Source of the DNA: Octopus bimaculoides
Taxonomy: Eukaryota
Assembly: GCF_001194135.2 (NCBI RefSeq)
Contig: NC_068983.1
Coordinates: forward strand, 88,539,231-88,594,135
DNA length: 54,905 nt
Direction: 5' to 3'
Positions 21,933-35,018 of this stretch are shown one piece after another. Positions within the stretch are counted from its first letter, which is position 1. Every line of letters begins with the position of its first letter. The position numbers and the translations under genes were made by a program. The notes beneath the pieces were generated by a model. It was not told the origin of the DNA, searched no databases, and saw only the letters and a list, made by a program, of their open reading frames with translations.

Positions 21933-22025
21933 GAATCTGTAGTAAAATTGGACAAGGCAGTAAGTTACTCACCAATCTCTGGCCAATTATATATCTTGAG
22001 AGCCAAGTGTAAACGCATGTTACAG
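21933..22025 (+). CDS. TTC16: TTC16-like coding exon 4 in window
   Basis: tttacattgcag|GAA...CAG|gtaaaa. Encodes ESVVKLDKAVSYSPISGQLYILRAKCKRMLQ (31 aa), the same length as the recalled human segment KAENHFSTAIRHNPQKAQYYLYRAKSRQLLQ. Phase 0 to 0. Confidence 0.9.
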
Positions 22026-23083
22026 GTAAAAGTTTAATACTATTCTATATTCTATATTCAATATCCATTCATTGTAAATAATGTATAAGGTAAAAGTTTG
22101 CTTTCTTTTTCTGTCCTTCAGACCTTCCTTGTGTGTATATCTATAAAATTATTCTCCTTAACCCAGTAACTCTGTTTGTAGATCATGCAGATAATACTGC
22201 CAAAGCCTGTCCTGGACTATAGTGTACATGTGTGAACTGTCAGCTCTCTGATCCTACAGATACTTCTGTAAATATGTTATTTTATGACGTGATTTTGTGT
22301 GTATCTAAATCTTTATATAAATTGTGTGTATGTCTGCATGGAAAAGTATATAAGAAAATATAAATATTTGTAATCATTAAGTGTTTTGTGAGTCTTTTTG
22401 TTACTACTTATACATAAATTGTGAGTGTATATGTATATAGTTATTGTTTAGACCTGTTGGGGAAATGTGGCTTAGTGGTTAGGCTGTTGCACCCACTATT
22501 GTAAAATTGTGTTTTGATTTTCTGGACTGGGGCATTGCATTGTGTTCAGTCAGATGGCAAAATGAATACCCTTGATATGGACTGGTGTCTCATCCATGGA
22601 AACTGGCCTTATGAGCCTATGGCTTAAGAAGGACCTTTGATCCTTTCTGTTTTTATTGATTACTGAGATCCAGTTCAGCTTTCATCAAACAAACTTATAA
22701 TCAATGAATTCCAAGCATTATACTTATTTTCAGACAGTGTATCTAGAACTCCATTATCTATTATGGACTTCCATTTTTTAAGATACTAAATTATAGTTTA
22801 AGGGAATTCAGCTGGTATAATTAAATCTGTAGAGGTTTCTTCATTGACTTGTATGCTCGTCTATATATGTTTAGTGTGTATATGTATATAAATACTTCTG
22901 TGTGTACCTAGATATTAAAATAGGTTCACCATATCCCTGCATGTTATAGGAGGCAACTAAAATAGTGCATGCTTGAAAGGGCATCTAGCTTCAAAACATT
23001 ACCTCAAGATGGGAACCATGATGCATACAGATAAACTATTATGGCTTTGAAACAGTCTGTTGTTGTTATTCTTGTGTACATAA

Positions 23084-23134
<51 letters not shown>

Positions 23135-23392
23135 ATTGGAAGAGTTATCTAAGTGCAGTTTTTGTTCTGAAACCTTGTGTTCTAGGTTAAAATCATGCCA
23201 ATGGCAATACCTTTCATCCTTTTAGGGCTGCCAATTAAGTTCATGTCCAAAGCATTTGGTGGGATTCCTTGCAGTCTCTGTTCTGGTTCTATGCAATCTG
23301 ATAGCAAAACTGGTGAGAACATAGTTGTTGTCTTTCCCTTGGACAACATTGGTGGTGTAGAAAGGAAAGACTTACATGTATAAGCTACTGCG

Positions 23393-23393
<1 letters not shown>

Positions 23394-23467
<74 letters not shown>
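23394..23467. repeat. Compound (CT)n(CA)n microsatellite
   Basis: Direct. Confidence 0.95.
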
Positions 23468-23901
23468 AATAATTGATTGTGTATGAATGTGTCTTCTTTT
23501 GATTCTCAATGAAATTTTCAAAACCTTGTATCCATTTCTAACAAAATACAACCAGTTGGATAAGTAGCTTGTCAATGACCAATGATTGTTCAATGTCTGG
23601 AAATAAAGAATCCTGACCCAGGCAAACTTCATTTTCTTGCCATTGCTTTATTGTTAGAAACATGTGAATGAAATTGCACAATGGAGGTTGGAAGCAGTGG
23701 GAGGGTGGAGTCAAAACTTAAACACCTATTTTGCAAACTTGACACATTTGTCAGAATTAGCTGAGTATATGTTAATTGCAAGAACTTTAAGATGATTACA
23801 GGCTTGATGTTCAAGATATACAGCAATATGTGTGAATGCACTAAGATCTCATTCTATTTACATAGAATCTACCTGTATGTACTGCACAAATAGTTTTATC
23901 A

Positions 23902-24098
<197 letters not shown>

Positions 24099-24174
24099 TG
24101 AGATAGACAGACAGAGGAAAGTTGAAAGTGTATCAGTGACTTGGAGATACATTGACCCACAACCATATATACGT

Positions 24175-24335
24175 TGCCTTGTGGCATTATAGAATAACAT
24201 TACTAGCATAGACACAAGATTTGCAGAGAGGGGAGAAATATCAATCCCAGTACTTGACTGGTATCTTATTTTATTGACCTTTGAAGGAGGAAAAGCAAAA
24301 TTGAACTCAATGGAATTTGAATTCAAAATGTAAAA
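24175..24335 (-). mobile_element. SINE fragment (ggtgagctggcagaa family)
   Basis: gggggagaaatatcaatcccagtacttgactggtatcttattttattgacc...aaaggcaaaa..gaatttgaa is the reverse complement of the family body. Confidence 0.65.
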
Positions 24336-25279
24336 ATCCAGACATTCATTCTAACACTCTAACAATTTTCCAAATTCCTCCTTCCTTGCAAACATATTCT
24401 GAAAGCACCAGTTCCTATCCAATCATCCAGAAAATAATCCCTAATATTTTTTCCTAATCCTTGTATTTAAAACTACTATGGTTATTTCTGACATCGGAAA
24501 TATCATAGATAATCAGCCCCACCTTTTTATGTGATATTAGATGGTTATTAGTTATCACATTTTGATTTGTGATAGAGTATGATGGCATTATAGATAATTA
24601 GAGACATTGAAGGACAGACTGTCACAGTCACTGCTTGTTTGTTATCTAGGTGTGCATATATGTATCTTATACCAATTCTTCTTGGTCGTCAAGTAGAATC
24701 TCCACTGAAATGAAGCTTGATGTTATTTAACTCTAGGTCAGTCTTGACCCACCAAACTTGTTGAATGTTGATAGTTAACTAAATGACCAGGTGTCATCCA
24801 CAGATCTATACCTCTGTCTAGTTGTTGTTGTGTAGCTATCAGTAGGCTCCAGGCTATGATCAGAGGTGTTCCTGCTATGCCCATCCATATTTTTTTTTCT
24901 GGTGTAGCGCACCCAGCAGGCTTCATTGTTAAATGTGTACTCCTTTTCTTGTTGGCTTCAAGAGCTGCACATATTTCTTGGTATGTTGAATTATCTCTCC
25001 CCAGTCAAATTTATTATTTATGTTTGTTATTAATAGTGTTGCTTAGCCCCAGGTCAACCCTATTCAACAAATTTATGAACAAGGTCGTTCTTGTCATGAC
25101 CATTTCATCTGTTTGTAAATGGCAAAATACTCCTTTTAAAACCTTTGTAAAATATAAGAGACCAGACAAAGACATGTAGTTTGTGTGCAATAGTAGAAAT
25201 CACTTGTTGAACAGATCTTAACCTAAGATTAAAGATAAAAGAAAAGAAAAGTATCTATTGAAAATTAATGAGAAATCTG

Positions 25280-25676
25280 CAGACATGGCTGTGTGGTAAG
25301 AAGTTTGCTTCCCAACTACATAGTTTTGGGTTCAGTTCCACTGCGTAACACATTGGGCAAATGTCTTCTACTATAACCCAAGACTGACCAAAGCCTTATG
25401 AGTGAAATTGGCAGGTGGAAATTGAAAGAAGCATGTCATATGTGTGTGTGTGTGTGTGTGTGTGTGTATTTGTTCTCCACCACTGCTTAACAACAAGTGT
25501 TGATTTGTTTATGCCCTATAACTTAGCAGCTTAGGAAAAAATGACTAATAGAATAAGTACTCTACTTTAAAAAAAAATTACTGGGGTCAATTTGTTCAAC
25601 TAAACCGTTTAATGCAGCACCCCAGCATGGTTGCAGTCTAATGATTGAAACAAGCAAGCAGTAAAAAGATAAAAGG
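25280..25676 (+). mobile_element. tRNA-derived SINE with internal (TG)n, near full length
   Basis: Head gcagacatggctgtgtggtaagaagtttgcttccc...gggttcagttccactg; reverse copy at 33622-33988. Confidence 0.85.
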
Positions 25677-26109
25677 TATACTTCACCAACTTCACCAACT
25701 TTAAATCTACATTAGTTATTATTAGACACATATTTATGTATCTGACTGCCTCAGTACCAAATCTTGAAAAGCTGGGTTTTACAAAGCTAGAAGAAACACA
25801 GCTTATATGAAAATTACAATTATAGCAGATCCTATATACCTCTAAGAGAGATGCATATTAAGTACTTTATGTTTTTTTGCATGAATACACAAATATCACA
25901 CACACACACACACACACACGTATGATGAGCTGAGTGATTACAATTTGATTAATCTCATTCTAGTTAATTTGTTTGTGTATAATGACATCTATGATAGCTG
26001 ATCAAGTCTACCTGACAGTGGTATCAATGCAGGCAGACATATTCATTGTTTATGAGACCCAACACTCATAGAGCAGATTGATGTAGTGGTATTCAAAGTA
26101 TCTATTTCT

Positions 26110-27000
26110 GGCATAGCACTTCAATCACTATTCTGACCAGATAAGTGCTGACCTTTCTGAATCCTCAATGGGAATGTGTAATTCTTTAAGGTTTTTAAAC
26201 TGGCCTTCTTGTGAACGCCAGCCATTGATTAACTCACATTAAAAGAGAGCATGTTGGTACTTATCCTCCAAACACTGTGTCTTGCCCACTGGAGTAGTCT
26301 TTAATAGGACTTTCATACCTTCAATTTTAGCACTGCTGAGGTACAGTGATTTTAGGTACTTTTTCCTTCCATCAGATACCCCAGATTTTCCAAAGGAACT
26401 GGCAGTACATCTTCCATGTCTCATTACTATAGTGTGATTAAATCATCTGTCTGATAAGCAACAATTTTTTATTGTAAGGCAGATTCCATGACCTGACAGA
26501 AGTCTGAGGTGTGGTCATCCAATAGCAATATTTGTTTCCTTATCCATAACATGATTTCATTGTTTTCTCCAGATGGCAGAACTTTTGCTCAACCTTCAAT
26601 TGTTTATATATCTTTATGATTGGGTCACATGGTAGAAGACCTGGGTTTGGCTAAAACATCACTTCTATTTTTAATGCTGATGAAAAAGCCATTGCTATGA
26701 CAAAGCTGTTTTCAATGTTCTGTAAATCATCTTTGGAGAAGGCCAACAACATGCAGTTTTCAGGATAGAAGAGTTCTTGTGCAAGCAGAAAGAAGAGTTT
26801 TTTCTTCGTGTGCAAGCTGGTGGAGATTGAAAACATTGTTGTTATTCCTGAATTTGATCATGACAACTTTGTTATAGTCCTTAGATCATTGCAGAATAGT
26901 GTCTTGATGCATCTCTATTTGATTCCATTCATAGCTGAGAATGCATGTGACATGTCATCAAAGTTTGTGGTGCATGCCTTCACACCTTTATGGAATGAGT
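26110..27000 (-). mobile_element. Old RTE (BovB-like) LINE fossil, RT C-terminal half
   Basis: Minus-strand pieces in different frames: IKFRNNNNVFNLHQL, LFYPENCMLLAFSKDDLQ (YADD region), KIEVMF*P, ETWKMY..LWKIWGI*WKEKVP, GWRSQEGQ. Confidence 0.65.
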
Positions 27001-27091
27001 AAATAATATTAACTACCATTGGTAAACATCCAATCATCATAAAAAACCCCCACCTAAATATCCAATTCATTCATTTTCAAAAGACAAACAT

Positions 27092-27121
<30 letters not shown>

Positions 27122-27124
<3 letters not shown>

Positions 27125-27452
27125 CTGAGACCCCCTTCGGTCATGACTGACCATAGGATTGCACCTAGAAAGTTACCCTCCCAGGCACAAGTCTGGGCAA
27201 GGTTGTTTATGGAAGACCAGCAGTCGCCCATGCATACCAGCCTCCCCTCTCCATGCTACCATTGTTATCCAAGGGAAAGGCAAGGGCCATACAGCTTGGC
27301 ACCTGTGACATCGCAACTCATTTCTACAGCTGCATGAACTGGAGCAACGTGAAATAAAGCTCAAGAACACATGTAGCCCAGTCTGAGATTTGAATTTACA
27401 ACCTCACGATCGTAAGCTTGATGCTCTAACCACTGAGCCATGCGCCTTCACA
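27122..27452 (-). mobile_element. tRNA-head SINE (second family)
   Basis: Homologous to 15476-15810. Confidence 0.85.
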
Positions 27453-28972
27453 TATATATGCACACACTTGCATACTCACAGATATATATTTACATAAAAA
27501 TACATGCATATACTCATTCATATGGAAACACATTCACTTGATTAGTTCTGCTGTTAGGATTTGTAAACAAAATCCAAAATATTCTGTATTTAGTGATGAG
27601 ATTGAATTCTATAAAGAAGACTTGGTATAAATTTTAAAATGAAATCCATATATGAAGAGCTTACTTTCAAAACCAGATACATGCATCAGAATGAGTTTTG
27701 AGTAATTGAGGAAACAACTTGAATATATCTGATTTTGATTGGAAGACTAAGATTCACTTTCTGTCTATATGGCATCTATCTCAGTTTGACTGAAAAAAAT
27801 TTCACATGCATGAAGCTAGCAGCTTGCAGATATGGTTATTATGAAATTGACCAAATATGCACTTATGCTGGTTTTGAAAGTAAGCTCCTCANNNNNNNNN
27901 NNNNNNNNNNNNNNNNNNNNNNNNNNNNNNNNNNNNNNNNNNNNNNNNNNNNNNNNNNNNNNNNNNNNNNNNNNNNNNNNNNNNNNNNNNNNNNNNNNNN
28001 NNNNNNNNNNNNNNNNNNNNNNNNNNNNNNNNNNNNNNNNNNNNNNNNNNNNNNNNNNNNNNNNNNNNNNNNNNNNNNNNNNNNNNNNNNNNNNNNNNNN
28101 NNNNNNNNNNNNNNNNNNNNNNNNNNNNNNNNTATATATATATATATATATATGTATGTATATATATATATCATCATCATCATCATCATTGTTTAATGTC
28201 ATGCCAGGTGATGAGAGGTTATACAGAGATACATACATACACACATATGAACATTCAAAAAGAATACTTATGTCCAACTGCTTCCAAACCTACAACTTCT
28301 CTACTCCTAATTAGTACACCTGGTAATGTTAGTGTTAAAAATATATTAATTAGCTTAGTGGAGAGAGAGGACAATAATAATATTTAAAACGTCATTCTGC
28401 ATAGTTATCGCTCTCTAAATACAAATATAAGAGTTTTGTTTCAGGGTTAAGAAATAAAACTTCTTCCTTTACTGAATTTTATTTAAATAATTATAAAAAT
28501 AAAATAGATAGATGTACATGTTTATAAGTGTTTATTTTTTATCCTTCATAGAAGTGCAAAAAATAGAGTTTTATTACTTAACTTGTCATGATCAGATATA
28601 TCTCTCAATGGGTAGGTGATTATAGCCCCACATCCTCCTTCAAGAGTGATGGAGTGGAAGTTTTGGAATCAGACCTAGTTGGTTCACATGGAACTTGTTA
28701 CTTATTCTATAGGTAGATGGTTGAGTATTCCACAGACATATGTACCTTTAATGTTATCTTTGGGCCTACATTGGATCTTGAATTAGTTACAGTACATCAA
28801 ATGGGTTGCCAAACAGTTTCCATTTACCCATTTTCACTCATGAGTTTAGGTCAACCTAAAGTTATAGTACAGTTATAGTACAGAATACTAACCCAAGATG
28901 CCATGAAGTGGGATCAAACCCATGGCCTTATCAGCAAGTCTCCTAGTCATTTGTTTTTACAGCTGTGTCCCT

Positions 28973-29033
<61 letters not shown>

Positions 29034-29268
29034 ATAAATACACACACACATACAGTGTATATCACTGTATTGATCAGACTATGAAATGCTGTTATACACT
29101 ACAGGTTACAATGCCCTTTCTCACATTGTTGTAACTTTTGAATGATGTCACCCCACTGGCTAGGCACGTAGGCCAATATATATATATTTGTAGAAAACAT
29201 AAATCTGGAGAAGAAGCACACTCTAAGATGTAGAGCAGTATTATTTTTTACTGGGGAAGGCCAATTTA

Positions 29269-29332
29269 TGGGATTACCCTGGGTTTCCTGTCCATAAAGA
29301 GTTTGGCTTTATGACATTTCATCAGACCCCAA
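29269..29332 (-). ncRNA. Hammerhead-like motif, atypical stem II, core intact
   Basis: UUGGGGU-CUGAUGA-AAUGUCAUAAAG CCAAACU CUUUAUGGACAG-GAAA-CCCAGG-GUA-AUCCCA. Stem I 6 bp; stem III ACCC-A-GGGU near-palindromic. Confidence 0.6.
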
Positions 29333-29353
29333 AGCCTGTTGGCCAATAGGCAT

Positions 29354-29416
29354 TGGGGTCTGCCAATACACCATAAAGTTAAACCCTTTATGGATGGGAA
29401 ACTCAAGGTAATCCCA
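29354..29416 (+). ncRNA. Hammerhead-like motif, core mutated (CUGCCAA)
   Basis: TGGGGT-CTGCCAA-TACACCATAAAG TTAAACC CTTTATGGATGG-GAAA-CTCAAG-GTA-ATCCCA. Confidence 0.45.
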
Positions 29417-29474
29417 TAAACCAGCTTTCCCCAGTAAAAAAATATATATATGTATATAAGAGAGATTACAAAGA

Positions 29475-29546
29475 AATAAATGATTATCTTCTGAACTTCA
29501 TTAGCTTATATATAAGCTAATGAAGTTCAGAAGATAATCATTTATT
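29475..29546. repeat. Perfect 72-bp spacerless palindrome
   Basis: aataaatgattatcttctgaacttcattagcttata|tataagctaatgaagttcagaagataatcatttatt; imperfect extension 29468-29553. Confidence 0.97.
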
Positions 29547-29657
29547 CCTTTGTCATTGCTCTTTCTCATTACCACTCAGTACTTGGCTAACACTTTGTTC
29601 TGGTTAATATATATATCGTGTTCTACACCAGGTTATTAGTCTCGCAGTGCCTAAGCA

Positions 29658-29690
<33 letters not shown>

Positions 29691-29814
29691 TAAACTAAAA
29701 TAGACAATAGACATCCATAATTGTAAACAAATATTAAATAAACTGATTTGTTTTGATAACCTTTTACTAACATGCATACACACATAAATGAACTTAGGCA
29801 GTGAACTTCTGTAT

Positions 29815-29859
<45 letters not shown>

Positions 29860-30330
29860 AAAATAGATCATGGACATCCATATTTGTAAATTTTTCAATT
29901 TTATTTTTTATACTTTTTGTATTATCTTTTTTATATTTTTTACATTTTATTTTATTTTTAATCTTTATTTTTATCCTTTATTCTTATATGCTTTAATTTA
30001 TTATTATTATTATTATTATATTTAAATAATTTATTATTATTATATTTAAATAAAAATATTAACACACATACAAATAAACATGTTTTCATCTACTTAGTCT
30101 GTTGGAGTATCTCAACCGACCAACATGCAAATTTTATAATGTCCTTTACCCTGAATATATTTCACCCAAAATCATATTAACAATTAAGGTTACAAATATA
30201 AAGTACATTTAGCAATTGGAGAATATACAGAAACTTACAGCTGTTTTGAACTAGCATTAGCATGCCCCATTCTATCTCTATAGTTCCTGTGTGCCGGAGT
30301 AATTAGCAGATGAAAATGATGTAATGGGGG

Positions 30331-30359
30331 TACATGCATGATTCGCTAGGCCTCTTCAG
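30331..30359 (-). ncRNA. Possible degenerate hammerhead core
   Basis: CUGAAGA-GGCCUAGC-GAAU-CAUGCAUG-UA. Palindromic stem III but GAAA is mutated and there is no stem I pairing. Confidence 0.25.
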
Positions 30360-30729
30360 AGTTTCACAAAATTCAATACACATATAAAATAAAAAATAAA
30401 AAATAAAAATAAAAATAGAAATGAAAATAAGAATAAAGTAAGAATAAAAATAAATGAAAAATGAAGATATAAAAATATAAGCCACATAAAAAGCCTACAA
30501 ACAGTATATAAGACCATACAAATAGTTTTAGACACTCCAATACACATGTCTGTGCCTGAGTACATAACCATACTTAGATATCTATGGATTCAAAAGCATA
30601 TATAGATGAGTACATATGTGTGTCCAGATGTACGTCAACAGTCACTGCCACCACATGTGAGGGGGAATATACATATATNNNNNNNNNNNNNNNNNNNNNN
30701 NNNNNNNNNNNNNNNNNNNNNNNNNNNNN

Positions 30730-30764
<35 letters not shown>

Positions 30765-31403
30765 ACACATACATACATATATGTAGACACAAATATTCCC
30801 ATACGTACATGATCCCTGGTATGAACGTGATTCGTTGCGTTTTGAAAGCTGTTTAAATGTTAAAAGTTGCTGGGTGCGTGTGTGTCAGTTCTGTATGTGG
30901 TGGATGGGTCTATGTGGAAGTTCTTTCCAGAGGAGTTATTAATACTCTAATAGTAATAATAATAATGATGATGATGATAATAACAACAACAACAACAGCA
31001 ACAATAATAATAGCAATAATAATAATATGCCAACTTTTTGAACTTTGTGAGGAGGTGCTCCATTATTCTTCCTGTGGAGAAGATCAGGTCATTCCAGTAA
31101 TGGGTATTAGAGATTCTGCTACTATTTGGGGAGGGTTAATTTATACAGTTAATTCCTCTGATCTAATTGGACAACTATTACTTTAAACTATCTAGGCTTA
31201 GCTACAGTTGGATAGACACCAACTGGTCAAGAGGGTTAGGGCACACATGCATACGTACACATACACACACACACACACACACACATACACACACACACAC
31301 GCTCGTGCTATATATATTTATATCTATATACACGCGTACATATATGTATATATACACATATACATATACACGCACACATCCCTTCATTTCACTATATACT
31401 TAT

Positions 31404-32655
31404 ACTAGCAGTATAACCCGACCTTGTCCGGGTGTGACTTATTACGCCATCTACGATAAGTCTTGGTAGGTGAAAATCAACTAAAAAAGAAAGCCTTACA
31501 ACGAAGAAACCCTTATGATGTAAATATGTTCATAATTCAAAAGATGAGGAAATTAATAGGGAAAGTTTGGTCACATACAAAGCACATTCAGTCAGTGTTT
31601 CTAGCTAATTTACTTTTGTCTAAAGAAAAAGTTCCCAAACCATTTTGGCCAAAGGCCCCCTTTTGACCCTTGGAGTCACAGATGCTCCCCACCCGAGAAA
31701 ATATTTTTATTTTTCAATAGACTACTTATTTTGATATCAGCAGATAATGATTAAAAAATAAAGGACGTCGTTTTGCATATGTGCTTGTACGCAGTCTGGA
31801 ATACAGATGTACAAATTGAAATGCAAGAAAACAAAATAATGAATTGAAAGTTTGGTATTTCCACCACACGACACCTATGAGATCAATGTGTTGTCTATAA
31901 AAAGAGTGCTCTTTGGTACAAGTAAATGCCAATGAAATCATTTCAAACCTTACCGATTTCCCTTATCAGAAGAGCTAGAACTTGTGCAACAATCTGACTT
32001 ATAAGTTATTGTCACCCAGGAAGAGGATTTTTTATGCTCAAGAAAGAGAGTGTATTTGATAGAAATTGTTGAAATATATATGTACTTCATATGAGTAAAA
32101 AATTGTTGGGGATGGTATTCACTAGTTAGTTTGAGTAACAAAATCAACCCCCTTTCAAAATGATATAAAAAAATCTGAAAATTTGTCATATTAAACATTC
32201 ATTTTTTATTCGGGATCTAGTTTGTTTCATTCACAAAATCTTCCTTTTTTTAAAAGGAAGTAAAAAATCTGAAAATTGGTTATCTTGATGCAGTTTTCCA
32301 TGCTTATTCCTTTGAAGCCATAAACTTCTGGAGAAAAAATTTGACACACACAAAGTTTGTTTTTTTAATTTGTGGTTTTAATATATGGACAGTCTGAATC
32401 TACCATTTCTTTCTCTATAATTTCCAAATAATTTTTTAAATACTTCAATATCAAAATTGTGTAGATATGTGTGCCAGAAACAGTAGTTAAGAATTAAGGA
32501 AATAAATTTTTGGGAGATCTCTTATTATGACTGTTTTTTTATTCCATTATTTTAATATCTTCTGAAACTTATACATGTATAAATGCAAACAGAAACATTC
32601 AAATATATACACACACACATACATACATTTTTACAGAGCTAGTTTTATATACATC
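31404..32655 (-). mobile_element. Non-autonomous Helitron-like element
   Basis: Minus-strand 3' end ACCCGG..CGGGT hairpin then ...CTAG|T (31404-31435); TATATAAAA...GTGTGTG 5'-type end near 32650. Interior not characterised. Confidence 0.5.
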
Positions 32656-32864
32656 TTTGTATATATATAAATATTTTGGCATATCTACACAATTGTGCCC
32701 CAAAGATATGCTTCTTCATAACCTTGAGAAAATTAAATATTTCTTTTCTACAAATATGCTTCAGATCAGGTAGATTCCAATTAAATTGGAATTCATTGTG
32801 AAAACCGTTTGTACCTAAAGGAGTTTTAGAAAATTCACACCATTAGGTTTTGTTGTATTATCAT

Positions 32865-33120
32865 CATCATCATCATCATCGTTTAACGTCCTCCTTCCAT
32901 GCTAACATTGGTTGGATGATTTGACTGAGGACTGGCGAACCAGATGGCTACACCAGGCTCCAATCTTATTTGGCAGAGTGTCTACAGCTGGATGCCCTTC
33001 CTAACGCCAATCACTCCAAGAGTGTAGTGGGTGCTTTTATGTGCCAGCGGCACGAAGGCCAGTCAAGCGGTACTGGCAACGGCCACGCTCAAAATGGTGT
33101 ATTTTACGTGCCACCTGCAC
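32865..33120 (-). mobile_element. RTE LINE 3' UTR and tail, reverse copy
   Basis: Reverse complement of 12200-12428 and 53800-54035, including the (ATC)n tail. Confidence 0.9.
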
Positions 33121-33621
33121 ATAAAATACACCATTATATATATATATATATAAAGATATATATATATATATATATANNNNNNNNNNNNNNNNNNNNNNNN
33201 NNNNNNNNNNNNNNNNNNNNNNNNNNNNNNNNNNNNNNNNNNNNNNNNNNNNNNNNNNNNNNNNNNNNNNNNNNNNNNNNNNNNNNNNNNNNNNNNNNNN
33301 NNNNNNNNNNNNNNNNNNNNNNNNNNNNNNNNNNNNNNNNNNNNNNNNNNNNNNNNNNNNNNNNNNNNNNNNNNNNNNNNNNNNNNNNNNNNNNNNNNNN
33401 NNNNNNNNNNNNNNNNNNNNNNNNNNNNNNNNNNNNNNNNNNNNNNNNNNNNNNNNNNNNNNNNNNNNNNNNNNNNNNNNNNNNNNNNNNNNNNNNNNNN
33501 NNNNNNNNNNNNNNNNNNNNNNNNNNNNNNNNNNNNNNNNNNNNNNNNNNNNNNNNNNNNNNNNNNNNNNNNNNNCCCATTCACACACACATATATATAT
33601 ATATAAATATATATATATATA

Positions 33622-33988
33622 TTTTACTTGTTTCAGTCATTTGATTGTGGCCATGCTGGAGCACTGCCTTTTAGTCGAGCAAATTGACCCCAGGACTTAT
33701 TCTTTATAAGCCTAGTACTTATTCTATCGGTCTCCTTTGCCGAACTGCTAAGTTACGGGGACGTAAACACACCACCATCAGTTGTCAAGCAATGTTGGGG
33801 AGGACAAACACAGACACACAAACATATACACACACACATACATATATATGACAGGCTTCTTTCAGTTTCCGTCTACCAAATCAACTTACAAGGCTTTGGT
33901 TGGCCCGAGACAATAGTGGAAGACACTTGCCCAAGGTGCCATGCAGTGGGACTGAACCCAGAACCATGTGGTTTATAAGCAAGCTTCT
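33622..33988 (-). mobile_element. tRNA-derived SINE, reverse copy
   Basis: Reverse complement of the family at 25280-25676. Confidence 0.85.
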
Positions 33989-34039
33989 TTATTTCATAAG
34001 TATTTGCCATAAAGGTATTACAAAGAGGGGACGAACAAG

Positions 34040-34540
34040 GACAGACAAACATGAAAGGTGAAGTAGCTGTATTGATTAAAAATTTACGATTTTAAAATAC
34101 AATAATTTAATGATTATATTTACAATGTGCTATTTAAGCATTGCTCATTACAGATGCAATTTGTAATGGCTTCCCTGAAGGATAGGCATCCGATCACCAG
34201 GGTAGACCCCTTGCTTTTTCTTTCCCTTTATTTGGCTTTCACTTACCTGGTGTCAAACACTCCCAGCTTCCTCGCCACAGGCTTCCATCTTCTCATGAAT
34301 CTGTCTCGTGACAGGTACCTCCTCTCCAGCCTGATCTTACTACTGAGGTGGAAACTAAAAAAGTTAACCAAGCCCTGGCCAGATACAAAGGTATCCGTCA
34401 CTATATCCCTTACATGTGTCTTCCATACTGTTTCTTTCAGTATGGCTACTTCACGGGAAAAGCAAACCATCCTTTCCCTGTTAAGGGAAGGAGGCGGCAC
34501 AATCTCAATGATAGACTCAGCTGATAACTGTACTCCTCCN
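34040..34540 (-). mobile_element. L1/Tx1-like LINE 3' end
   Basis: ORF 34243-34500: VAILKETVWKT...SGQGLVNFFSFHLSSKIRLERRYLSRDRFMRRW, similar to the L1 C-terminus at ~21150-21520. Confidence 0.75.
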
Positions 34541-34986
34541 NNNNNNNNNNNNNNNNNNNNNNNNNNNNNNNNNNNNNNNNNNNNNNNNNNNNNNNNNNNN
34601 NNNNNNNNNNNNNNNNNNNNNNNNNNNNNNNNNNNNNNNNNNNNNNNNNNNNNNNNNNNNNNNNNNNNNNNNNNNNNNNNNNNNNNNNNNNNNNNNNNNN
34701 NNNNNNNNNNNNNNNNNNNNNNNNNNNNNNNNNNNNNNNNNNNNNNNNNNNNNNNNNNNNNNNNNNNNNNNNNNNNNNNNNNNNNNNNNNNNNNNNNNNN
34801 NNNNNNNNNNNNNNNNNNNNNNNNNNNNNNNNNNNNNNNNNNNNNNNNNNNNNNNNNNNNNNNNNNNNNNNNNNNNNNNNNNNNNNNNNNNAGCCTGGCC
34901 TGAAAGTTCTCCTGAACAAGTTGGTCAATTGAGTTTTATCGTAGCCCACACTCCTACGCCTATACAAAAAATGCATTGCACCCCAC

Positions 34987-35018
<32 letters not shown>

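Larger units (their letters stand above)
29244..29441. repeat. Spacerless imperfect palindrome (~198 bp) derived from the PLE pseudo-LTR
   Basis: Centre 29342/29343 (gttgg|ccaat); arms colinear without indels; arm sequence homologous to 48980-49055. Confidence 0.9.

Noticed and set aside
26239-26930. Minus-strand frame of ~230 codons whose roughly nine stops are all TGA (suggesting TGA=Trp or selenocysteine)
   Set aside because: RTE/BovB homology hops among all three frames here, so it is a frameshifted fossil; a run of TGA-only stops somewhere in six frames of 55 kb is not very improbable.
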